From assembly GCF_001458695.1 (NCBI RefSeq), contig NZ_LN885086.1:930001-962000 (forward strand): a stretch of 32,000 nucleotides of DNA. The letters are read 5' to 3'. A program made the position numbers and the translations under genes. This stretch comes from Candidatus Nitrospira inopinata (GTDB lineage Bacteria; Nitrospirota; Nitrospiria; Nitrospirales; Nitrospiraceae). This document shows positions 16,407 through 27,558 of this stretch, piece by piece (positions within the stretch are counted from its first letter, which is position 1; each line of letters begins with the position of its first letter). Under the pieces are notes generated by a model. The model ran no database searches, was not told the origin of the DNA, and worked only from the letters and a program-made list of their open reading frames with translations.

Positions 16407-17839
16407 CGTCGTTGCGCGATCTCATCAGCCGATTCGCGCTCGTGCTCATGGCCTGGCTGCTGGGATTTTCCGCGCTGGTGTATTTCGCGAGCGAGGCCCT
16501 GCTTCACCGATTCGTGGACGGACGGCTGTTGGAGTTGGCGGAAACTCTCGCCGGGATCATCGATCGGCACCCCGACATCCTCGACAACCGCGGACAAGGC
16601 GCGGGATTTCCATCCGACGCCAATCCCGGCATCAAGGAACAACGTGATCTGCACGGCGTGGTTCATTCGCTCCGCGTGTTCTCACCGGACGGCCGGTTAT
16701 TATGGAAAAGCCCCAATGCTTCGGCTTTTCCGCTGATCTCTCCCCGCATGCTCGACCGCGTGCTGCTCGAGCGCACGGTCTATGAAACGGTGGCGATGCC
16801 GGACGGCACGCCGGCCCGGCGGCTGTTTGTCTCCGTCACCCGCCAAGGAATCGTCCGCTACGTGCTGCAAGCGGAAACGTCGCTGCTTCATTATCAGACG
16901 GCGCTCAGCGAATTGCTGATCCTGTTGATTGTAAGCTCCGGCGCCACGCTGCTCGTCACCTGGCTGGGCAGCCTGTGGCTGGCCAAGAAGGTGCTGACCC
17001 CGATCGAGGCCTTGTGCGCGGGCGCCGAAACCATGTCCGAGGCCGACTTGGGGAAACGGTTGGCCTTGGATTCTCCTTATATCGAGTTCCGGCGACTTAC
17101 CCAGGCCGTCAACTCCGTGCTGGATCAATTCCAGCGGAACAGTGAGACTCAACGAAATTTCTGCGAGATCGCGGCCCACGAAATGAAAACGCCCTTGACC
17201 ATCCTGCGCGGCAATTTGGAAGTCGCGCTCCTCAAGGCCAGAACCGCCGATGAATACCGCGACGTGCTTCTCAGCAATCTCGAACAGGTGGATCGGCTCA
17301 TCGCCTTGACCAGACCTTTGTTGACGCTCGCCAAATTCACGAGCAGCAAACCGCCCGTCCAACTGGCCCCCTTGGAGGTAGAACCCTTCCTTCACGAGAT
17401 CGTGCAGGAACTGACGTTGTTGGCGAATGACCGGCGGATCACCCTGTCGCTCGACGCTCGGGCGGTTCCTCCCATTCTCGGCGACCCGCAGTGGCTCAAA
17501 CAAGCGATGATCAATCTGCTCGATAACGCCTTGCGCTATACCCCCGCTGGCGGAGTCGTGACCGTCCGCGCGCGCGCGGAGGAGCGCGATGTCTTGATCG
17601 AGGTCGAGGACACGGGTCATGGCATCGAGCCTGAGCACATTCCGCACTTGTTCGAGCGATTCTACCGGACCGAATGGGCAAGAGCCGAAGACGCAGCCGG
17701 AACGGGCTTGGGTCTGCCCATCGTCAAAGAGATCGTGGAAGCCCACGGCGGAACCATCTCGGTGACCAGCCGCGTGGGGCAAGGCTCGGTCTTTACGTTG
17801 CGCATCCCCGCATATCTCCAACAGACGATGCTTGCCTAG
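16403..17839 (+). CDS. sensor histidine kinase (two TM segments, periplasmic loop, HAMP, HisKA, HATPase_c)
   Basis: ATGA overlap with the regulator gene. H-box AAHEMKTPLT, N-box LLDNALRYTP, G1 VEDTGHGI and G2 GTGLGLPIV. Confidence 0.94.
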   Translation: MTSLRDLISRFALVLMAWLLGFSALVYFASEALLHRFVDGRLLELAETLAGIIDRHPDILDNRGQGAGFPSDANPGIKEQRDLHGVVHSLRVFSPDGRLLWKSPNASAFPLISPRMLDRVLLERTVYETVAMPDGTPARRLFVSVTRQGIVRYVLQAETSLLHYQTALSELLILLIVSSGATLLVTWLGSLWLAKKVLTPIEALCAGAETMSEADLGKRLALDSPYIEFRRLTQAVNSVLDQFQRNSETQRNFCEIAAHEMKTPLTILRGNLEVALLKARTADEYRDVLLSNLEQVDRLIALTRPLLTLAKFTSSKPPVQLAPLEVEPFLHEIVQELTLLANDRRITLSLDARAVPPILGDPQWLKQAMINLLDNALRYTPAGGVVTVRARAEERDVLIEVEDTGHGIEPEHIPHLFERFYRTEWARAEDAAGTGLGLPIVKEIVEAHGGTISVTSRVGQGSVFTLRIPAYLQQTMLA

Positions 17840-17926
17840 CGCTCGCCCCGAACCTCGACGAAAGCCGTCCCGCCGGCCCTTCTCGGAATGAAAACGCGGT
17901 TCCTGCCGTCAACGACGTCCCCGTCA

Positions 17927-17968
17927 TCATGAAGGATTCTTCATGATCTCCTCATGGAGTCTTCATAG
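17927..17968. promoter_or_regulatory. palindrome plus about 11-nt-phased direct repeats (candidate operator)
   Basis: TCATGAAG-GATT-CTTCATGA is a perfect 8-bp inverted repeat at 17927-17946. It overlaps three phased copies: CTTCATGA (17939), CTCATGG (17951) and CTTCATAG (17961). The element lies 48-89 nt upstream of the small ORF. Confidence 0.3.
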
Positions 17969-18015
17969 AGCGGGAGTAGGGTGGCACTAGGACTTCAAGG
18001 ATGGAGGTACACACC

Positions 18016-18114
18016 ATGGTCGCATTGATTGTCGGAGTATTGGCGGGAAGCGCGGTGTTGGTGGTCATGTACACGGCGTTGGTTTATACGGTCTCGCACG
18101 TGCACAACAAGTAA
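18016..18114 (+). CDS. unannotated 32-aa hydrophobic small ORF (MVALIVGVLAGSAVLVVMYTALVYTVSHVHNK)
   Basis: GGAGG at 18003-18007 lies 8 nt upstream of the ATG. The ORF predicts one TM helix and ends in TAA at 18112-18114. It is below the ORF-track length cut-off. Confidence 0.35.
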   Translation: MVALIVGVLAGSAVLVVMYTALVYTVSHVHNK

Positions 18115-18332
18115 GCTCCCGGAGGGGAGGAGTCGGACACTGCTCCGCCTCTTCACAAGCCGCGGACAGGTTGCCGCTTCAGGAAGCGGTGGGGTGCCTG
18201 AGAAACGCCCGGTTGAACCGGCAACCTCGACGCAGCGCGAACGGGGCACGGACGGGAGAAGAGAATCCGTGTCGCTCAAAGAACGGAGTGTGCGCCGCCG
18301 TCGATGCCGCCCGATCTTCCCCGAAGCCGGTT

Positions 18333-18809
18333 CTACCTTCTCTGCTTGACTCCTCGTTCGATTTCTCGTCCCGCGTCCCGCGCCTTGATTGATTCCCGCC
18401 GGTCGTATTGTTTTTTGCCCTTGGCCAATCCAAGTTCAACCTTCACCTTGCCCCGAGGAGAAAAATACATCCGGAGAGGGATGAGCGTGAGACCCTTCTG
18501 CTGCGTCTTGCCGATCAGCTTATTGATCTCCTTTCGATGCAGGAGCAACTTCCGCGCCCGCATCGGGTCGTGATTCATGATGTTGCCGTGGCTGTACGGA
18601 CTGATGTGGCAGTGATGGAGATAGACCTCGCCGTCCTTGACGGCGGCATAGCTGTCTTGAAGGTTCGCCCGGCCGTCACGGAGCGATTTGACCTCCGTGC
18701 CCGTCAACACGATGCCCGCCTCGAACTTCTCCTCGATAAAATAATCGTGGTAGGCCTTGCGATTGGTCGCGATGATCTTTTCGCTGTGTTCCGATCCGGC
18801 GCGCGTCAT
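18333..18809 (-). CDS. smpB: SsrA-binding protein
   Basis: [32 protein letters not shown] and a C-terminal basic tail ([16 protein letters not shown]). The start at Met 18809 gives a typical N-terminal length. The ORF track extends to a TTG at 18839. Confidence 0.95.
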   Translation of the reverse strand: MTRAGSEHSEKIIATNRKAYHDYFIEEKFEAGIVLTGTEVKSLRDGRANLQDSYAAVKDGEVYLHHCHISPYSHGNIMNHDPMRARKLLLHRKEINKLIGKTQQKGLTLIPLRMYFSPRGKVKVELGLAKGKKQYDRRESIKARDAGREIERGVKQRR

Positions 18810-18879
18810 GACCTCACCGGGAACAGATCGAGCCGACAAAACTCGCCGTCTCCGTTGTCGCCGTCTTTTTTTCGATCTC

Positions 18880-18908
18880 CGGACATTTCCATTCGCGTTT
18901 GCTAAGAT
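18880..18908 (+). promoter_or_regulatory. candidate promoter (CGGACA-17 nt-TAAGAT) placing the TSS at or near the ATG of the DUF721 gene
   Basis: TAAGAT at 18903-18908 is 6 nt before the ATG at 18915. There is no Shine-Dalgarno sequence in between, which is compatible with a leaderless mRNA. Pattern match only. Confidence 0.3.
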
Positions 18909-18914
18909 GGGACC

Positions 18915-19400
18915 ATGCCTCGCACCGGCTCGCTCGACTCATGCGGCGCCATTCTATCCGGTCTCTCCAAACGGCTGGGCCTTGAGACCAAGCTCCTGGA
19001 GTTCCGCTTGCAGCGCCAGTGGCGTGATATCGTCGGGGAGCCCCTCGCCTCGCAAACCTGGCCGGCCCACATTCGTTTCAAAAAACTGTACCTGATCGTT
19101 CGAAACTCCGTTTGGCTTCAACAGCTCACGTTCTTGAAACCCTCTCTTTTAGATCAAGTCGGTCGCGCCGTGGGTATGGAACCGATCAAAGACATCGTTT
19201 TCCGCGTGGGGGAGATCCCCGCGCCGGCGGTCCCTTCCGAGAACGATCCCGTCGTCTCCGGCCGGCCGCCGGCCCGGGACGAGATCGAGACCGACTCCCT
19301 TCCGATCGGCATTCGCGATCCCGAGCTCCGCAGACGGTTCACAGAGGCGATAGCGAGATACCCGTTTCGGCGGGCTTCTCGACCGGCAAAGGATCCGTGA
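18915..19400 (+). CDS. DUF721 domain protein (DciA-like, candidate replicative helicase operator/loader)
   Basis: The N-terminal region L..QW..IVGEPLA..T.P..I...[15 protein letters not shown] matches the DUF721 pattern as I remember it. The gene sits in an origin-proximal context. The C-terminal half is Pro/Arg/Glu-rich. Confidence 0.75.
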   Translation: MPRTGSLDSCGAILSGLSKRLGLETKLLEFRLQRQWRDIVGEPLASQTWPAHIRFKKLYLIVRNSVWLQQLTFLKPSLLDQVGRAVGMEPIKDIVFRVGEIPAPAVPSENDPVVSGRPPARDEIETDSLPIGIRDPELRRRFTEAIARYPFRRASRPAKDP

Positions 19401-19926
19401 CACGTCCCTTAAAGAGAATGGTCGTGTTCTCGAAGACCGTTCCGCTCTTGGAGACGGGGCCGATCCCTCCTTCTTCCTCCTCGCCCTCCAATCGATAGTA
19501 TCCTCGAACCGACCGTTCAAACCCCTCGACAACCGAGGGGTCCCCCGCTTTGTATTTCTCCAATTTCTCCGGATCGGCCCATCCCTCGTCACTGAACACG
19601 AAAAGGAGCATGCTTCGGTAGCGGCCTCCGATGTCTCCCGGCGTGGTCGGATAGATTTTCATGGGACCGAAATCACGGCTGCCATGACCCACCTTGCGAA
19701 ACCGGTGCAGCAGTTTTTCAACCTGCTGATCCGTGGTATCCCGCGGCACATGAGCCGCCACAAGGTGCCCGCTTTGAGCCCCGACGGTATAGGGAGGAAT
19801 GGATCGATCGGGGCGGCTCAGATACATGCCCCCCCAAATGAGGGCGAACGAGCCCACGAAGACGCCGAGCCCCATCTTAACGACGATATCCAGCGGTTTT
19901 TTCTTAGGAGAATCGGAAGAGGACAT
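19339..19926 (-). CDS. hypothetical N-terminally membrane-anchored protein (195 aa)
   Basis: Lys-rich N-terminus followed by one TM helix (MGLGVFVGSFALIWGGMYL) and then a soluble domain with an EGEEEEGG patch. It starts 66 nt downstream of the gyrA stop on the same strand. Confidence 0.6.
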   Translation of the reverse strand: MSSSDSPKKKPLDIVVKMGLGVFVGSFALIWGGMYLSRPDRSIPPYTVGAQSGHLVAAHVPRDTTDQQVEKLLHRFRKVGHGSRDFGPMKIYPTTPGDIGGRYRSMLLFVFSDEGWADPEKLEKYKAGDPSVVEGFERSVRGYYRLEGEEEEGGIGPVSKSGTVFENTTILFKGRVTDPLPVEKPAETGISLSPL

Positions 19927-19992
19927 GGTGAAGACACTCGCCGAAGAAAGAAGAACGCGGCGACGATCGATCCGCCGGCGCCTGGGCGCCCG

Positions 19993-22473
19993 CTAGGTTC
20001 CGGAGGCGGCGTCTTCCGACGCCGCCTCCTCCCGGTCGCCCGCTTCGGCCAGTCGCGCGACGCCCACGACGCGATCGTTCTCTCCGTCAAGGTCAAGGAT
20101 GCGGACGCCCTGCGTGTTGCGTCCCACCTCGCGGATGTCGTCCACTTTGCAGCGCAGGACCTTCCCTTGCGCGGCCATCAGCATGATTTCGTCGCCGTCG
20201 CGGACCTGGAGGAACCCGACCGCGGGCCCGTTCTTCTCGGTCGTCTTGACGCTGATGATGCCCTTGCCGCCGCGGCCCTGCACGCGATACTCGCCCACCG
20301 GCGTGCGTTTGCCGTATCCACCCTCGGTGACGGTCAAGATCGCCGTCGTGGAATCCGGCGTGATCGTTTCCATGCCGATCACTTCGTTGCCCTCCTCGAG
20401 CGTGATCCCTTTCACACCGTAGGCCGTCCGGCCCATGGGCCGCACTTCGTCCTCTTTGAAGCGGATCGTGATGCCCTGCCGCGTGCCGAGCAGGATTTCC
20501 CGCTGCCCGTCGGTCAAATGCACGCCGATGAGTTTGTCGCCTTCTTCCAGCCCCAGCGCGATGATGCCGACCTGCCGGGGGTTGCCGTAGGCCGACAGCT
20601 CCGTCTTCTTGACCAGTCCTTTCTTGGTCGCCATGACCACGTAGCGGTCGTCGCGGAATTCCTTGACGGGGAGCGTCGCCGTCACTTTTTCGTTGCCGGA
20701 CAGGGGGAGCAGGTTCACCAGAGCCTTCCCCTTCGCGGCGCGTCCCGCCTCGGGAATCTCATGCACCTTGAGCCAATAGACCTTGCCCGCGTCCGTGAAG
20801 AAGAGCAGCGTGTCGTGCGTGGAGGCGGTGAACAGCGTTTCGACGAAATCCTCGTCCTTGATGCCCATGCCGATCTTGCCCTTGCCGCCCCGCCGCTGCG
20901 CGCGATAGAGCGAGACCGCGTTGCGCTTGATGTAGCCCGCGTGCGAGATCGTGACGATCACCTCTTCCTCGGCGATCAAATCTTCCAGGCTGATCTCCGC
21001 CTCTTCCTTCACGATCTGCGTGCGCCGCTCGTCCTGGTATGTCTCGCGGATCTCCGTCAGCTCGTCCTTGATGATCGTTCGCACGAGCGCTTCGCTGGCC
21101 AGCACGGACTTCAGATATTCGATCCGCTTCAGCACCTCCTGATATTCCTCGATCAGCTTGCTGCGCTCGAGCTGCGTGAGCCGTTGCAGGCGCATGTCGA
21201 GAATCGCGTTGGCCTGGAGTTCGCTGAGCGAGAACTGCCGCATCAAGCCCGCGCGGGCTTCATCGGGCGATTGCGAGCGGCGGATCAGCGCGATCACGGC
21301 GTCCAGGTTGTCGAGCGCGATCTTGAGCCCTTCGAGAATATGCGCGCGCTCCTCCGCCTTGCGGAGTTCGTAAGCGGTGCGCCGTACCACCACCTCGCGC
21401 CGATGCTCGATGAAGTGGTGCAGGATCTGCTTGAGATTCAGAACCTCCGGGCGGTTGTTGACCAGCGCCAACATGTTGACGCCGAAGGTGGTTTCAAGCT
21501 GCGTATTCTTGTACAGATTGTTCAAGACCACCTGCGGGATCTCATTGCGTTTCAACTCGATGACGATCCGCACCCCTTCGCGATCGGAGGATTCGTCGCG
21601 CAGATCGGAGACGCCCTTGATCCGGTCGTCCTGAATCAGCTCGGCGATTTTCTCGATGAGCTTGGCTTTGTTGACCTGATAGGGAATCTCCGTGACGATG
21701 AGGCGCTCGCGCTCGGTCCGCTCATCGATTTCCACCGCGACCTTCGCCCGCAGCTTGAGCAGTCCCCGTCCCGTTTCGTAGGCTTCCTTGATCCCGCCCA
21801 CGCCGTAAATGAAGCCGGCGGTCGGAAAATCGGGCCCCGGGATCTTCTTCATGAGCTGCGCGACGGTGGCCTCCGGGTTTTCCAACAGCAGCAGCAACCC
21901 GTCAATCACTTCGGCGATGTTGTGGGTCGGAATGTTGGTCGCGTACCCCACGGCGATGCCGCCCGCGCCGTTGATCAAGAGATTGGGCACGCGGGTGGGG
22001 AGCACGAGCGGTTCCTGGCGCGATTCGTCGTAGTTGGGGCCGAAGTCGACGGTCTCCTTATCGATGTCCGCCAACAGCTCCTCGGCCAGCTTCGTCATGC
22101 GCGCTTCGGTATAGCGCATGGCCGCCGGCGAGTCGCCGTCCATCGAGCCGTAGTTGCCTTGGCCGTCGATGAGCGGATAGCGCATGTTGAAGTCCTGCGC
22201 CATCCGCACGAGGGTGTCGTAAATCGCGGAATCGCCATGGGGATGGTAGTTCCCCATGATTTCTCCCACGATCTTCGCGGATTTGCGATAGGCCCGCGCG
22301 GACGTGAGGCCCATCTCGTGCATGCCGAAGAGGATACGCCGGTGGACGGGCTTCAACCCGTCGCGCACGTCCGGCAGCGCCCGCCCCACGATCACGCTCA
22401 TGGCGTAATCCAGGTAGGACGACTTCATCTCGTCTTCGATGGCGATGTGGCCTAACCGTTCATCGGGCGGCAT
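19993..22473 (-). CDS. gyrA: DNA gyrase subunit A
   Basis: HPHGDSAIYDT (QRDR), AAMRYTEARM (catalytic Tyr) and C-terminal beta-pinwheel repeats. The ATG at 22473 has GAGGAG 6 nt upstream. The ORF track extends to a GTG at 22497. Confidence 0.98.
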   Translation of the reverse strand: MPPDERLGHIAIEDEMKSSYLDYAMSVIVGRALPDVRDGLKPVHRRILFGMHEMGLTSARAYRKSAKIVGEIMGNYHPHGDSAIYDTLVRMAQDFNMRYPLIDGQGNYGSMDGDSPAAMRYTEARMTKLAEELLADIDKETVDFGPNYDESRQEPLVLPTRVPNLLINGAGGIAVGYATNIPTHNIAEVIDGLLLLLENPEATVAQLMKKIPGPDFPTAGFIYGVGGIKEAYETGRGLLKLRAKVAVEIDERTERERLIVTEIPYQVNKAKLIEKIAELIQDDRIKGVSDLRDESSDREGVRIVIELKRNEIPQVVLNNLYKNTQLETTFGVNMLALVNNRPEVLNLKQILHHFIEHRREVVVRRTAYELRKAEERAHILEGLKIALDNLDAVIALIRRSQSPDEARAGLMRQFSLSELQANAILDMRLQRLTQLERSKLIEEYQEVLKRIEYLKSVLASEALVRTIIKDELTEIRETYQDERRTQIVKEEAEISLEDLIAEEEVIVTISHAGYIKRNAVSLYRAQRRGGKGKIGMGIKDEDFVETLFTASTHDTLLFFTDAGKVYWLKVHEIPEAGRAAKGKALVNLLPLSGNEKVTATLPVKEFRDDRYVVMATKKGLVKKTELSAYGNPRQVGIIALGLEEGDKLIGVHLTDGQREILLGTRQGITIRFKEDEVRPMGRTAYGVKGITLEEGNEVIGMETITPDSTTAILTVTEGGYGKRTPVGEYRVQGRGGKGIISVKTTEKNGPAVGFLQVRDGDEIMLMAAQGKVLRCKVDDIREVGRNTQGVRILDLDGENDRVVGVARLAEAGDREEAASEDAASGT

Positions 22474-22514
22474 TCCGAACTCCTCGTCAACCGTCACTCG
22501 TCAAATGACGTCCT

Positions 22515-26169
<3,655 letters not shown>

Positions 26170-26196
26170 AGTGTCGTCTCCACAAGACTCTCCGAT

Positions 26197-27558
26197 TTAT
26201 CCCCGCAAGATTTGCTCTTTCAGCGCCTCGATCGCGTTGTGCAACGCCTCGTCCTTTTCTTTTGCCTTCGCCACTTGCCTGCACGCGTGCATGATCGTCG
26301 TGTGGTCCTTGCCGCCGAAGTGTCGCCCTATCTCCGGATAGGATGCATCCGTCAGCTCGCGACAGAGGTACATCGCGATTTGTCTCGGATGCACCAGCGT
26401 CTTGCTGCGTCGCCGGGACTTCAGCTCCGTGACCTTGATGCGGAACTGCGCGCACACGGCTTCCTGAATGTCGTCCATCGCCACGACTTTTTTCTTGTCT
26501 CCGATCAGATCGCGGAGCACGTTTTTGGCCATCTCCAGCGTGATGGCCTGCCCCGTCAGCGACGAGTAGGCCCCGAGTCGAACGAGACTTCCCTCCAGCT
26601 CGCGGATGTTGCTTTTCATGGTGCTGGAAAGAAACTGGATGACGTCCTCGGGAAGCGTGATGCCTTCGTCCTCCGATTTTTTTCTCAGGATCGCGATCCG
26701 CGTCTCCACGTCGGGCGGCTGCAAGTCGGCGATCAATCCCCACTCGAATCTGGAACGGAGCCTTTCTTCAATGTCGGGCATGTCTTTGGGAAAACGGTCG
26801 CTCGAAAGAACGATTTGTTTGTGTCCCTCGTACAGGGAATTGAAAGTGTGAAAAAACTCCTCTTGCGTGCGTTCTTTCCCGACGAGGAACTGGATGTCGT
26901 CGATCATGAGCATATCGATGTGCCGGTAACGCTTCCGAAGGTCCATCATCTTGTCGTACCGGATGGAGTTGATGACTTCGTTGGTAAATTGCTCTGTCGT
27001 CAGGTAGGCGATACGCAGATCCGTCTTTTCGGCGACGTGGTTGCCGATGGCGTTGAGTAGGTGGGTCTTTCCAAGACCGACACCTCCGTAAATGAATAAT
27101 GGATTATACGTCTTCCCCGGCTGTTCCGCCACGGCCATGCAGGCCGCATGGGCGAACTGATTTCCCGCGCCGACGACGAAGCTTCCAAAGGTATACTTCG
27201 GATTAAGTTGGACTCCGCGCCGAGCCCTCGCCTGGTTCGCGAATCGAGGCGGTGCGGCCGATATCTCTCCTTCCATCGTCTGCGAGGCTTCGCCTGGAAC
27301 AACCTTGAAGCTTACGGACTGGACCTTCTCTCCTTCTCCTCCCGATACCGTGATAGCCTCGACAATGAGCCGTTCGTAGTGCTTATCAAGCCAGTCCCCA
27401 AAAAACTTATTGGGAACCGCAACATAAGCGACTGTGTCCTCAATCCGATCAAGGTGCGTGAGAGTAAACCACGTGTCATAGACTTGAGGCGGAACCTTCT
27501 CCTGGATATGCCGAAGCGCTTCCTGCCAAAGCATCTGGACACTCATACTTCTATTCAC
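26197..27558 (-). CDS. dnaA: chromosomal replication initiator protein DnaA
   Basis: Walker A GGVGLGKTHL, Walker B MLMIDDIQFL, sensor/box VII region and a C-terminal HTH (KDHTTIMHACRQV). The ORF-track start at 27558 is a GTG. An ATG at 27546 (MSVQMLWQEAL) is an equally plausible start. Confidence 0.98.
   Translation of the reverse strand: MNRSMSVQMLWQEALRHIQEKVPPQVYDTWFTLTHLDRIEDTVAYVAVPNKFFGDWLDKHYERLIVEAITVSGGEGEKVQSVSFKVVPGEASQTMEGEISAAPPRFANQARARRGVQLNPKYTFGSFVVGAGNQFAHAACMAVAEQPGKTYNPLFIYGGVGLGKTHLLNAIGNHVAEKTDLRIAYLTTEQFTNEVINSIRYDKMMDLRKRYRHIDMLMIDDIQFLVGKERTQEEFFHTFNSLYEGHKQIVLSSDRFPKDMPDIEERLRSRFEWGLIADLQPPDVETRIAILRKKSEDEGITLPEDVIQFLSSTMKSNIRELEGSLVRLGAYSSLTGQAITLEMAKNVLRDLIGDKKKVVAMDDIQEAVCAQFRIKVTELKSRRRSKTLVHPRQIAMYLCRELTDASYPEIGRHFGGKDHTTIMHACRQVAKAKEKDEALHNAIEALKEQILRG

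Noticed and set aside
17950-18332. A possible tmRNA (ssrA) gene adjacent to smpB.
   Set aside because: I read both strands for a GGGG-type acceptor 5' end, a GGTTCGAATCC-like T-arm and a CCACCA 3' end and found none. The only T-loop-like element, CCGG-TTGAA-CCGG at 18209-18221, has a 5-nt loop and no flanking acceptor stem.
19684-22455. A 923-aa plus-strand ORF antisense to gyrA. Similar giant antisense ORFs occur at 22545-25046 (833 aa, antisense to gyrB), 25402-27060 (552 aa, antisense to dnaN/dnaA), 166-1410 (antisense to purA), 12193-13497 and 13807-14835 (antisense to the vWA gene), 16700-17821 and 30405-31721.
   Set aside because: The opposite strand encodes unmistakable conserved proteins over the same coordinates. 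The antisense translations are Arg/His/Asp/Gly/Leu/Ala-rich low-information sequences. These are typical of stop-codon-poor antisense frames in GC3-rich genomes. I could see no motifs or ribosome-binding sites.
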